Assembly: GCA_012026655.1 (NCBI GenBank)
Contig: JAAILG010001201.1
Location: forward strand, 1-64,000
DNA length: 64,000 bases
Direction: 5' to 3'
Source of the DNA: Hydrolagus affinis
Taxonomy: Eukaryota
In this document: piece after piece, positions 38,401 through 51,700 of the stretch
How the letters are laid out: each line of letters begins with the position of its first letter
How positions within the stretch are numbered: position 1 is the stretch's first letter
Position numbers and translations under genes: made by a program
The notes under the pieces: generated by a model
The model's database searches: none
Told to the model about the DNA's origin: nothing
The model's input: the letters and a program-made list of their open reading frames with translations, nothing else

Positions 38401-40932
38401 TGTAATCTTTTGTGAGATTAAACAATCGCAATACTGTAGAATTACATTTATACCAACGGTAAGTACATAGTCCATTAAAATGCTTCGGGGTTACCCCACA
38501 CTATACAATCACCCTGAGTGAGAAGAAAATGAATATTTCACAGTTCAACAATGTTGTAGGAGTTTGTAGTAATTTCAAACCATTACTTCAGCAATAAGTT
38601 GGCTGCAATCATGCTGGGGAATTTTGCCTGCAATTAGCACAGACACAGATAGCAGAATAAGTAGAACAGTAACAACCACAAGTCAATAACCCGCCTAGAA
38701 ATAAACACTCTGATATCGGCAGGTTCTTACTGAGATACCAGAAATTATTGATTAGTTGCATTGTATTTATATCATTGCTTCCGACAGACTTTGTTGCTGA
38801 AGTGCAAGAATAAGAGTTTCAGTTGCTCTCCAGCCTGCAAATCTACATCTTCCGTGCACCAATAAAGTCATTGTTTAAGTAGGATTTACATTTAAATAGC
38901 GCATTTCACATTGGGGGGGAGGGGAGGGCGGCTCAAAAGGCTTATGAAGGATCGGAAAGTGAAGTTTTACTATTACAGTAGATATACAGAACCTTTTTTT
39001 TGGCCCACAAAATACACAATCAATCCACTTTACAGTGGATCGTGTGAAGCGCTTTAAAATGTCCCAACAATGTGATTAGGTGCTATATCAAACACAAGTA
39101 TTATTATTATTTTACTTCATAGATTAGAATATATTCTTAATTATTAAACAAGTAAAATGTGATTTGTATCATAAGAAATTGCAATAACGATGCACCGTGG
39201 TGCTCCTACAGTGGCAGTGTGGATTAGTACCTTATTAGCCATACAGTGAATTCCAGATCTCAGCTTTATAATCAGAATTGTGTCAGAAAGGGCTCAGGTC
39301 CTACTTCACAGAAACCTGATGGGATAAATCTGTCCAGTCCAACGTATATTTTAATGGCACATTCCAAGTAGAATTGGCAGAACCACAGTGAATGGGTTGG
39401 TTGATGGTATGAAAAGACCTAGAAAGACCAGAGAAAATAAAATGGGTTAGAAAAACTTCAATAGATTCAGAGAAATAAAGACAAGTAAGAGCTTTTTTTT
39501 AAAAAAAGGAACCGACCAACTACTTATTAAGACAGGGTTCTTGGAGGTGTCTGCTACTTAATCATTTACACATCTCTTCTGATGCTATCTACTTGAAGAT
39601 GGGGGAAAAAAAAGAAAATGGCCAATTTGGGAAAAGGATTTACGCTGAAAATTTCCTTCACCATTTTCCTAAGGCAGTCAAACAAGGTGCAGGTGTGATT
39701 TTGAGTTGACTCGTTGTTATTCTTAGGTGGTCTTCATGTTTCTATTGCATAGAACAGATACTATGAAGGTGCAGTCCAATTCATGGTTTCTGGTCAACTT
39801 GAATTGTAATCAGTTATCCTTCTTTAATCTACTTTAATTGACATTCATACGCTTCAAAAGTCGGTAGGTACCCTTGGATGGACCTGTACCCTGCACGGCA
39901 TAGTATCCATTAGTTATTTGAACTAAAAACCATCAAGGAATAATTGTTTTAAAGTAACTTTAAAATCTACCTATCCATATATATGTGAATACATTCCTGT
40001 CCACTCAAGAGAAAAGTATTTTAAAACTCACTCCTGCCAATTGCCCTCAAGGGTTACAATTCTTTCATTCTGATCAACTATGCAACACTAAACTATTTAG
40101 TGCTACATTTAGTTATATTTAGTGTTACATAGTTGATCGGAATGAAAGAAATTTATATAAATCTTATAAAGCACTTTGAGAGATCATCCCAACTTGGAAT
40201 GCACTATTATCATTGCCAGTATTATTTATTATTTAAATGAATGCAGCATGTATTACCAATTTAAGTACTCAAGTAGTGGGAAAATGTAGAGTTTGTGGGC
40301 TGAGGCCTGAGTTGAGCTCAAGAAAAAAATAGCCCTCAATTAAATTGAACAGATAGCTAATTTAGCTATTTTGCAGCAAAATAAATTGTTTAAGCTACAG
40401 TATTTCAAATTATAAAATCTGGAAAAGAAATTGAACATAAGGCTAAGTTTTTGTCTGGTAGATATTAGCAATTCTAACTTAAGAGCGAATTGCCTTCACA
40501 TTAATTGCAGCAAAAAGATTTTATTACATCGAAGTCGTAACTGCATTCAAACCTGTCTTCAATAAACACTCATGGAACTGGGCAAAAGTGGCCTTTATAA
40601 ATGGTGGCTTCTGAGTAAGTGATGCAAACCAGACTCTTGTTAACAGGGGATGGTTGCTGAATGGAGGTGCTTCCTTCCAACAGAGTTGACTGTAACGTGT
40701 TAAGTTTAGAAAAAAAACTCAACTGGCCATTTTAAACTTTGAAATCTGTATTAATAAATCCAGAAACTGCACAACACATCAAGCAGTAACTATTCTGATT
40801 GATTCAATACCATGTCTCTTCCCAGAATGCCAGCTCCTAAGTTCTGTTCAATATCTTAGCCAAAACTTTTTACTTGTTCACCTTGTCTTCACCAGCACTT
40901 TTTATCCTTCCTCTCTTGTCTTCTGTGATAAT

Positions 40933-41025
40933 TTCTGATGAAGGGTCAAACAAGAAATATTAACTATTTCTCCTTTACATTGACCAAATGCAGAATTCTA
41001 GCATTTCTTATTTTTTTTTATTTGA
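40933..41025 (+). mobile_element. Degenerate single copy of the Penelope-like/hammerhead repeat
   Basis: ttCTGATGAagggtcaaacaaGAAAtattaactatttctc...agcatttc resembles the 9982-10082 arm. Confidence 0.5.
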
Positions 41026-41719
41026 TTTTTTACAGACAATTAAGATGATCAAATTTAAACTACACTGGCTGGCCTGAATGTCTCATTAATAAGGCTGAAA
41101 TGACTGTTTGCCCGGCCGGCAACTAAAATTAATGTGTCTACTATATTTGTAAAACATAAATAAATGAGTTCCAATAAGTAAAGTTCAGAATGTACTTATG
41201 TCTGCAGCTTGTATTTATCAAATCTTTCCCTTTCATAAGATTCTTACCTATAATGCACTACTAAATTATAGCCATAAACAAGAATTGTGGGGGAGAGAAT
41301 TTAATTATTGTAATCGCAGAATATTACAATAGAATGTTTGTTTCATATAAAAAGTATAATTGTGCAGCGGCATTGAACAATGATTTATTTAACAAATTTG
41401 GATATGTATTTGAATATAGTCAATCAATTGTTACCCATAACTCTCGATACATTGCATGTAACTAGATTGCCAAATGAATACCAAGCCATATTTATTTGAG
41501 CATAAAACAATGCAACTGACTAAAATGTATAAAAATCACACGACTTTAAATAGCAGTGTGGTCTATTGATTGCAATTAAAATGTTTAAACTGCTGATGGA
41601 CCTGGCATACATAAAGCTGATCACAATTAAAAAAAAACCTGTTGAGATTAATCTTTAATATAGCACATCAGGATTTCCACTGGTGGACAGGTGACACCAC
41701 CAACTGTAAGCTTGCCTTG

Positions 41720-41960
41720 GGACTGTCCTGGTGATATAGTGGATAGGGGCACACTTTATGGAGCAGGAACTTCCAGGTTGAAATCTTGGCATTGATATGT
41801 TTGCTGATCTCAGCCAGGCGTATATGGCAGGTTAAATTCAGTTCAGCTTTTCCAGGGTTAGGCTGGTGAAAGCCAGTCAGGGTTTCTGCTACCGATGTCT
41901 CTACAGCACCCTCTACTGATTACATGGTTTTGTGGCAGTTGGATAGCAAGAGGTCCCATA
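41720..41960 (+). mobile_element. Ancient tRNA-derived SINE-like repeat (second family)
   Basis: tRNA-like head (tatagtgg...caggttgaaatc) and gctgatctcagc...gggtta block shared with 55590-55775. Confidence 0.5.
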
Positions 41961-42199
41961 CCTATCCAAAGTGTATTTACTAACAGTAAAGATTTATTTT
42001 ACCTACATCTCAAATTTATTGGCTAGAATTTAACCCATGGCTTCAATCTGTGTGCAATAATTTTTTTCCTGCTACTGGCAGTGAAGATGCTGGCTGGGAT
42101 TCATTTGCACTGCATTTACTGATTGTATACAAAAGTTTATTTAACCATTATTTTCAAAACTTTGATGTTAGATTTATGCCTTATTTAACAATTACATCA

Positions 42200-42551
42200 A
42201 CTTGTCATCTCCCCTGCTCAGCAACCTGCTCCATGATCCCCACCCAGCTCACCCAACCATTGTCGGTCAGGCCTTCAGCCTCTCTGCCCCACCCTTTGGA
42301 AATCCATCCAGTCCTTTTGACCCGTCCTCTCCCCTACCTCCTTCAAGATACATCTCAAGACCTTCCTCATCGACCACACCTTTGGCCACCTTCCTACCTC
42401 TACCCTCCCTGCCCTTAACCCCTCCAAGTACTAACTGCCTGCTTGGGTCCAAGTCTCTGGTCGTCCAGTGCCTTGGGGCATCCCCCAACATGTGCCTTGG
42501 GGCATCCCCCAACATGAAAGGTCCTGTGTGAATATAATTTGTTGTTGTTGT
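42200..42551 (+). mobile_element. L2 LINE 3' end with internal tandem duplication
   Basis: L2-like ORF2 end, duplicated gtgccttggggcatcccccaacat unit, (TTG)n tail. Confidence 0.8.
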
Positions 42552-44109
42552 GTAAACTAATCTGAAACAGGTTTGCCTCATTTTGCATCATGAGTTTACA
42601 TAAATCTTCATTGGTGTTATGCACAGGCATTGATTCAGAGCTATGTATACAGTTCAGGAGTTTATATTAAGAGCTAATAGAAACTTGTGATATGCAGAGC
42701 CTTTTACCTAATCTCATATAAACTTCATTGAATTCACATGCAATCTTTTATGATTTTTCTCTATTGCGAGTAATTGACCATATTTATTTACCTTCATATT
42801 GGAAAGTTTACACTTCCTTTGGAGTAATTTGTTTGTTGATGCTTACGATTTCTGGCTACATACCTGCCTGAGTACCAAACATAACGCAAAGTCTTCAAAA
42901 TGTAACTGGCATATTTCTGGAACAATTTTATTCACACAATAAAATTTAAAGTTACTTAATATCTGTTAGATCTGACAAGAAAGATCAGCTGGGTATCTAC
43001 AAACCAGCCTACATGGTCATTTGGGATACGTGCCATTTTGTGGGTACCCTAAAAATAATTAGTAGCTACTTTTAAAATAGGTCTTATGCTAAACTTTTGT
43101 AATCTATTTACATGGATATTAATTATATTATACATTGCTGCTTTGCAATTATGCCAGTATCCACATTGGCCTTACTAATTTTTTTTTTACTAACTTGTTC
43201 AAATGTATAAAAACAATCCTTACGTTTGATATAATACCTCATCAAATCTTCAAGATGTCTCAAAGTGCTTCACAGGATATTCTATAAAGTGAACTGTATA
43301 TTTTGTGGGCAAAATGTGTCAGGGCAGTGTCCCAAAGTCATGGATTGAGTGACATTATTATTAATCTTTTTGAAGTGATTATTACCCCTGGAAATGTGAT
43401 GCGCTAATCGACTAACAAATGGGTTCTTACTTATTGTTATGTAAATAGAGGCATGTGCAGTCAGGAAATTTGCCTAACGCTTCTCCGTGTGGGAATGGAG
43501 GTAACCAACTGTTAACTTCCATGTGACCAAGGCACTGATGTCCAATAAGTTGCAAAACATCTACATTACAAAATTTATTAGCTAGATACAATACTCCTGT
43601 ACTCACAGGAGTAATAGGAATTTTAGGATATTCTAGACTTTTTTGAATTCATTCTAAATTTATGAATGCGTTTGATGTAGCCATTGCATTTGATGAGTGG
43701 TCATCATCCACTATGCACAAATTGGCTCCTGTGTTCGGCTACAAATAATTACTGTACAGAAATCACTGAAGTGCTTTGAGTCATTTCGACAACCAATGCA
43801 AGATTGTAGCACTATTCTAAAGTGAACCCAATTCAGATTCAGTCGATGTTTACAAATGATTTAAATTGCAAACTAAAAATGTCAAATATGATAACTAGTT
43901 ATGTCTTTCTATTTGTAACATGCCCAGTGCCTTGGGATTCCCTCCTGATGGAAAGGAGCTTTACAAATATAATGTGTTGTTGAGATTGAGATTAATTACC
44001 CCCCAAAAAAAGCCTTTCTGGGCACAGGTTAAATAGCAAAAGTAAAAAATATACTGCATTAGTATTCTGTCACACTAGGAAAACAATATGCATGCTTTCA
44101 TTTTAACAT

Positions 44110-44115
44110 TTTATT
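44110..44115 (-). terminator. Candidate ADO polyadenylation signal
   Basis: TTTATT on + (AATAAA on -), ~450 nt past the ADO stop. Confidence 0.4.
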
Positions 44116-44562
44116 ATGAAATATAATTGATAAAATGAAACATACATTTGAATAAATTTACTTTGGCTTAATAGACGTTGTAAAGTTTGGGTTAAAAACA
44201 AAATAGCAGCATTTTAAATGATTAGGTAGTGCCCAAATCTCATAAATACTGGAATATTTGCGATTGGATTCTCAATAAGTGCTAAACCACAGTGAACACA
44301 TCAGTACTGGAAATAAAAGGAAATTTCTCCCAATGGAATAAATCTACTTTATACCGTATGAATAAATAGTTTTGTTTAATCGCACATTTTGCATCCGCTT
44401 GAAACCAAACATCCAGAGTCCAGTAAATGGCCGTTTACTCCGGTACATTCAAAATTTCTGAATCGGATAAGATACTAATGGTAAACACATCTGCAGGAGC
44501 GTCTACCCCGACTACATGCAGAAACAGAAAACATTACATTACGATGTTCTTGCCCACGTTTC

Positions 44563-45321
44563 TCAGAGGGACACCGGGGGACCAGGGTAAGGCTCGGCAT
44601 CGCACCAGAAGTCGACAGGTTGCGGCACCTCCAGCAGCCAAACTTGGTGTGGCTGCCGCGCTGCTTCGCCCCCGTTCCCGGACACCTCCAGGACCTGGTA
44701 ATAGTGGCAGTCCCTCCCTTCAGCAGAGCAGTAAGGAGGCGCCAAAACGTCCAGGAAAGCGGCGGGCCCGTCCACGGCCTTGATCTCATGCAAGTTGTCC
44801 CGGTCGGGGCTCAGCACGCAGGTTCCGCTGGCCTCGCTGTACTCATGGCTGGAGCGCAGCACCGAGCCGCTGAGCGCCTCCCGCTGGCTCTGCAGGAGCG
44901 GGGGGCTGAACTCCACGCCGCCGGCCGCCGCCTCGCCTTTCTCCAGCCGGTCGAAGCACTGGATCTGCACTTTGCCGTAGATGACTTTGAGTAGGCCGTG
45001 CATACCCGGGTGGTCGTGCAGCGGGATGCAGGTGCCGCCGTCCAGCAGGAAGACCCCCATGCTGAAGCTCTCGGTCTCGGAGATGTGCATGTATGTGACC
45101 GGAGGGCGGCGCCGCCGCTGGCGGGGGGTGACGGACGGAGAGTCGGTGCCCCTCCTGGGCAGGATGTTCAGGTCCTCGGACCGCACCTCCCCCAGGAGGA
45201 TCTTCAGTTTGCTCAGGTTCTCGTGGAAGGTCACTCGGTCCACCAGAGAAACCGATTTGAACGTGGTGAAGGCCTGGTTGGCCACCTTCTGGATCAGAGA
45301 GGCCATGTTGTCCAGAGGCAT
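44563..45321 (-). CDS. ADO: 2-aminoethanethiol (cysteamine) dioxygenase, intronless
   Basis: Starts MPLDNMASLIQKVANQA (human MPRDNMASLIQRIARQA). Has cupin motifs PVTYMHI, PLHDHPGMHG, NLHEI, FLDVLAPPY and RDCHYY, and C-terminal EPYPGP. 252 aa; ATG at 45321. Confidence 0.96.
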   Translation of the reverse strand: MPLDNMASLIQKVANQAFTTFKSVSLVDRVTFHENLSKLKILLGEVRSEDLNILPRRGTDSPSVTPRQRRRRPPVTYMHISETESFSMGVFLLDGGTCIPLHDHPGMHGLLKVIYGKVQIQCFDRLEKGEAAAGGVEFSPPLLQSQREALSGSVLRSSHEYSEASGTCVLSPDRDNLHEIKAVDGPAAFLDVLAPPYCSAEGRDCHYYQVLEVSGNGGEAARQPHQVWLLEVPQPVDFWCDAEPYPGPPVSL

Positions 45322-45631
45322 CGTCCGCCTCCTCTCAACCAACCAACCAACCAACCAACACACACACTAACAACAAGAGCAACGCAACCCAAGGACACCC
45401 ACCCACACCCCCACCCACACACTCACATACAGCAACTCAGCACCCAGCTCATGGCGTTATTACTGTCTCGGGATAGAGGAGTAAGGGGGCGGGCTGTGGG
45501 TGGGTGAGTGTGTGTAACGATACCGAATTCCCACCCCCTCTCCACACTCCCCACCCCCTCGATCGTGCGAGCTCATTCACTATCCTCCTCTCCGCACGTC
45601 CGCAGCTTGGCTCTCCGCCGCTTGCCTCCAC

Positions 45632-45734
45632 GCAATGCCGCGTGGGATTTGTAGTCCCTCCCCCTCGGTGGCGGCTCCTGAGGAGCGTGAGCGGAGACCC
45701 GGAGGGGGAACTACAAGTACCAGCATGCCGTGCG
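45632..45734. promoter_or_regulatory. ADO CpG-island promoter with two opposite ZNF143/THAP11-type motifs
   Basis: Minus strand GACTACAAATCCCACGCGGCATTGC (45632-45656). Plus strand AACTACAAGTACCAGCATGCCGTGCG (45709-45734). Confidence 0.75.
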
Positions 45735-48700
45735 CGCTCTCCTCGCTCTTCTCATTACTTTATGAGATCAAAGCTCATTGAGAAAGATGGAACAGCTCTT
45801 GCCTTTGGGCTAGGGTTATACACAAAGGAGCATCATTAGCCAGTGTTGCAACCGCCTGACACGTACATGTAATCCCAGCATCTGTTAGTGCCTGTTATGG
45901 GGAGAAGCCTTTTCACATTATTTTTGGCCAGCTCCAAAAAGTCCATCGCAATGCTAAAGAGAATCCAAATCAAACTGAGGATTCAATCATTTCACCCACA
46001 CGTGGGAATTCCAGAGATGCATCCTATTTGCCTAGTTTCAAAAAGTATTCGTCAGAGATTGGCGATCATACGGTTATTATTATTATTAAAAGCCAATGTT
46101 TGGAGATCACAGAACATGTGTTGGGATACTACTGGAGCTTAACCGGCTAAAACCACATGGCTTGGCATTGAGAGCACTGTTTTCCCACTGCTTGTCCAAT
46201 AAAATTCACCCAACATGTTGGGTCTTTGGCTTGTATGGTTAACAGGAGCTGAGTGGGATGATTTCCTGACCCCATGCTGATAGTGTAGGCAAAGATGCAA
46301 CCATTTGCGCAAAGCAAGGTTTCTCAGAAATAGCTCCAAAATGTGTAATCAATTTAGCTGGATAATTGCTGGCCATAATACCGTACTAGGAGAAATGCTT
46401 AATTTCCATCCCAATGGAAAGAAAATACCAGTGGCTAAAATCAAACAAATCATTGGATTACAACGTTTTATATCAAATTTGGCATTTTTAGATTAAACAT
46501 TTATTTAATGTTTTATTTTAGAATCGCACCTTTTTATTCCTTTATGTCAGAAAATCTATAGCTAGTTTATGAAGGGTGGATAATACCTAGTAAATAGATT
46601 ATACATATTGGGAAGCGTGCAAATTTATTCTACAATTGAGCTACATACAATATGTAGCCTGTCACGTGAATCCTAATAAACAAATAAGCATTGTATTCAT
46701 TTTGTTTATACTATTATATTTTGCTTATACTATTATATAATAGAATTAAAAAACAAGATATTCCCAAGTTAAAAGATACAAAATTGGTCCCATTGAGAAA
46801 ATGATTCTTATCATCAAATGCAAATCAAACGTGAGATGGCAAAAACCCAAACATAAACAGGAACCAAACAATTTTTAAAAATTAAATCAAACGAATGAGA
46901 AATGTGATTGAAGTGGCTTTCCCTTCACCAAAGAAGAAGGGGCCTTCACCTGATTCGGTGAACCCCATGTTGTATATTAATAAAGATATTTTACAAATTC
47001 AGATAAATTGAGAAGTCTAAGTAATTGAAAGAAGTTTGGCGGAAGAGAGTAGAAGAAGGTTGCACAGAAAGAGGCAGAATAGTGGAAATCTTTAGAAATT
47101 TATTTTTAAAATGGAAGACTGAATCCTCTATTATCACCTGAAGTTGATGAAATCAAATACAAAAGAAAAGTTAGCTGTACATAAACTGTTGGAATGAGAC
47201 CGAGAGAGAAACCACAATTTTGACTTTTGACTTTTCCGTTCACTGGCCAATGCCAACCTTACAAATGAGCTGGGTGCTATAGAAAAGCCAAAATGGGTCT
47301 GAGGCAATTCACAAAAGAACAAAAACAGTATCTGCTATAGCAATAAGGCTCCGGTTGACCTCAAGCAGAGTGACATTGAGCGAGCATTCCATGGATACTC
47401 CATTGCCTATGCTCTGGGAGCGAACACACTGTGCTTATTTGAACAGGATGGTAGTTAGGAGAGTAAGAAGATAGTGTCATATACTCCAACCTCATTTTAA
47501 GCTGGTAGCATTCCTTTGAGTGAATGCACTCTGAACTTTCAATGTAATTCAAAACATAGAGGGAAGTGTTTTTTGACAAGTATGATTGTTTTGAAAAGCT
47601 TTTCCTAGATTATTCTTATAAGAAATTGCACTTAATTTTATTGCAACCATGCAATAAAAACCCAATAGCTATATCTCCAGGGAATGTTGTATTCTTCTAA
47701 CTACAAGTGCACAATTACTACACATAATAAAATCCTTTGAAGCTCTTTGCAAGGTCTCCATGATGTGATACGGGGCTTTATCAAATGTGTGGATTATTAT
47801 TACTGTATTTGCTGCTATATTAATAAGATGTACTTTATTCACAGACACAAGCTTAATAATCACATGAAAAACTTCCTTAATGGCAGTATTATGTATCATA
47901 TTGCATCTCGATGTATCATTCTCAGAGCTTTGAGTTTACACCTGGAGCCTACCAGATCTCCTTGGCCTCAGGTCATACAGCCGAAGGGATGTATGACTGG
48001 AAGCCAAAGACTTCAAAATAGTTTCAAACTGAGTTGCCATCTGGCTGCTATTCTACACCTAATTCAAGTGGTATTGGCTGAGGCTGGAAAGAGGTCCATA
48101 TGTGTCAACTTGGTAACTTAATAAAGTTAAGAAGAAATTGTGATTGCAAGTGGTTTGGGGAATTTAAAAAAAATCTGTGCCATTTACAGTGATACTCTGT
48201 CTAGCTGGAGTGGTCTGGTCTGGGTTGTGGCAAAGCCAATCGTTTTGAGCTCTGCCCACATCTACTGGTACAATATTATATTCAGTTTTTAATAATTGCT
48301 GTAGATTTAGAATGTGATGACCAACCACAAAGCTGTACAATTGCAAGAAGCACAATGGTTGACCTTTCCAGCCTCTTCCAGTAGTTGTATTGACTTTTTT
48401 TTAAGGGAGTTGCACAACTGCAGAAAACACTTAGAAAAGGCCAATATGTAGAGTCAGTTTATGATTTGGGGGATTGTTAACCATGGAAGTACAGGTCAGA
48501 AATGGAAGCCTGTTGAAACCTAGCCTTCCACATAACTGTTGATAAATGTCTCTCAGCGCAGTGGTTATGGAGTTGATAAGTTGATGCTGATGTTTCTTCT
48601 TCAGTATTTAGGGAAAATCTGTTTTACTTTTCATGTTCGGCTGTCATGTTAATTTCCTGAAGATGCCACTTTTCAGTATGCAGCTTCTTTCCTAAAGAAG

Positions 48701-51700
48701 GGCAGATTGTAGAGGCAGTTGTCAGCTACGTCAGACAATAACAACAAAATTACATTTGTATAGTGCCTTTCATAACCACATCCTTCACCTAGAAACGTGA
48801 CTTTTTAATATGAAACACACCCTGCTGTAATGTAAAGGTTGTGTTAACTAAATGTAATGTATGAATTACGGATGCTTTTAATTATGCAATGAATACCAAG
48901 TATTCCTGCATTGCAGTTAATCATACAATGGAACCAGTATTCTTTTTCATAGGTTAATTACATAAGCAAAAGTACTTGTCATTTACATGTAGGCATACTC
49001 TTATTGTGGCAATGTGTCCACTCCCCTATGCAACTGAAGCGTGCTTCACACTCTCTTTTTATACACTGTATTCATATACTGGTGTAGAGATTCTCAGTCT
49101 CTGGATAAAAAAAATAGTTTCACTTGTACAGTATTGATTGAGGCTCTCAGTGTATTTAGCAGTGTATTGAACAAATAGATACTTTCAAACTGATAGTCTT
49201 CGCGAAGTTATATGAATTCATATTTACAGCTATTCTTCTGTTTTCATAGTGGTTTGATTGTAGAAGAAAAATGTACATTAAACCAACAAATGTTACAAAA
49301 TCTGCAGTTTAATTGTGAAAATGTATTGTTTCAAATTGTTTTTGTTGCTAAAAAAAACAATGAATAGTTGTCATTCACCATGAAAAGAGTTTGGTTAGTT
49401 GTAGACACATAACTTAAATAAGCTATGTTGTTTTGGAAACATGTTGCTATGTTGCTTTGCATTTAAAAATGGAAATCCCTGACGAAAATTCAAACTGCGG
49501 TGGACAGAATATTTGTTTCAGCACACTACCCTCAAGTGGCCAGTATTTCATCCATTTTACCGTAGGCTGCCCCAAGAGCTGAACCCTTTCTAAAGAAAAT
49601 CATCAAAAAAAATAAAAGCCTTTTGAGATCAGCGGGGAAGGGATTTTTAGAGGGTAACTTTGCATTGTTTCAAAACATTTTTCCAATGAATAATGATGAT
49701 AGCAACTGGAATGCCCAACTTACAAATGTGAATACCTCATCTAATAAAAGCAGTATACATATCAGAACCATGCAATATTACATGAATACTGTATATTCAT
49801 CCCTATGGACTCAAGCAACCCTGAAGCAACACATAAACGGTTGTATTAAGTATCAAGCAGTATTGAATAGCAATATAGACAAATATTCTGTTTGCTTTGT
49901 TTGTTGCTGCCTCACACTCTTTTGACATTGTGAATGATAAATCAATTGACAACCTTTATCCAGATTTATCAAGGTACTTATCACTGAAATATTACCAGAT
50001 TGGATGGCCTCCTTGCGTTTGAGTGGCTTGCTGATTAAACATGTCTAGCTGCCTTATTTCCTTTTTTAGTTCACCAGGCATGCTGGATAGCAGCAAAGCC
50101 CTTATAGGAGAATAACCTTTTGATATATCAAAAGCTTACTGACTGGAATGTGCAATATGGGTATACAAAGCTGCTATTTTGAGATCCTTTGCCCAACACT
50201 ATAAACGTGTACTTCTCTGTCAAAATAAACCTGAATAGCAATAACAAAACAACTCAATATCATGACTAACGTCTTAAGATGAGGGTATAAACTGAACATT
50301 ATAAAGCTGTGGATCCTTTATTAAGGACAGTCGATGGATTGGTCTATTTTCCTTCATCTTTTTGAAACGCCAATTGTTTCTGGCATTCAATAAAAATTAA
50401 AAGGATTTACTGTTACAATTCCTTAAACAACCTAGTTTTTTTTAATATATAACCATCTTTTGTTGTTTGTAAATGTGAAACAGTAGTTAGGCTAATGGTA
50501 CTTACGGGCTTTTTCTGACAGTTTTGGAAATAAAATACATTTACATCCAAATTCATTTGAGTTTTCTTCTGCTTTATGTTTCCGTAGCTCAGGCTGCTAA
50601 AATTTGAAATACTTTCACGTTCTGCTATTTATTAGTATGTAGAACAGAAACAGGAGTTCAGCAGATTTAAATGCTATATGTACAATTTGTGATTGTTCAA
50701 AGGAATTCATGAATAATAGACTGAGCCAGGATATTGCATAAAAATGCAATACATTTATATACTGCACAAGACTGGCAGGGACAAGTTTCCTTTTTATCCG
50801 TTAGCCAAGCATTTACATGGGTACACTATATTAACACTGTAAATGCTTGGAAATATAGTATACTGGATTTTCATCTGCCTATCAAAAATGGTCTGTTCAA
50901 CATATTTCACAGCCCAGAACATCAAGGTCTCTTCCCAACTAAATTGGAACTCCATCTTATTGGGAATGGCACCAGTCAGGCCACTGACTCATTTGAAAAT
51001 GAGGATGACTCTAATCTCAAACTCACAAATATACAAATCTCATTATTAAGATCAAATAAGCCAGCCTAGTAATGAGTTTTTACTGTATGTTGGAGTTTGT
51101 TGAAGAAAGCCCATTATTTCAGTCCACGGGGGATGCTGCACTCCAAACATTGTTCTTTTTGTCAGAACTTTCTGTTCATTCAAATGGTTTTAAAAACATG
51201 AGAAAGTACGTATACAGCAAGAGAAATAGGAACACCAAACCTTTTCTTTCCAATGAAATATGCATAATTTCACTGCAACGTACCAAACCTAAATAAACAT
51301 CCTCAGGCTGGGTGATAAGAACTTCACTGTCATGACAAAATAAGCTAGTTTGAAGCTCATTAATCGTTTCAATGTTTTTGTTTATTGAGTCTTAATTTTG
51401 AATAATTCAATACCCGCAAGCAGCTATAATTTTAAAAAATCTGTATAAAGGCAGTTTGTGATTTAACACCCACAATCTGCTTGTTAGTTAAGGGTTATAC
51501 GTGTTTTCCTTATAGGGTTAAGAGTTGAATTTTTTTGTTTCAATGAACTTAGGAAAGAACATGTTCACTAATCCTACTGATGACCTTTTTCACTGGAAGC
51601 ACTTGTAAGATAGATAGACAGTTGCCTCCAAATACTTGAATAGAACCTCTCCTTAGGAAGTTGATGTGGGTGAAGTCACTGGATTGTACTTACTCAATAG

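Noticed and set aside
45322-45363. 14-aa N-terminal extension of the ADO ORF (MCWLVGWLVERRRT)
   Set aside because: It starts at a non-ATG codon in a (GGTT)n microsatellite. Homology begins at MPLDNMASL.
44427-45839. Plus-strand ORFs overlapping ADO and its promoter
   Set aside because: Shadow ORFs in a CpG island, low complexity, with no recognisable homology.
50098-51517. CCTTATAGG(G) near-CArG boxes (also ~6415, ~25904)
   Set aside because: They do not fit CC(A/T)6GG and lack adjacent Ets sites, so they are plausibly chance matches.
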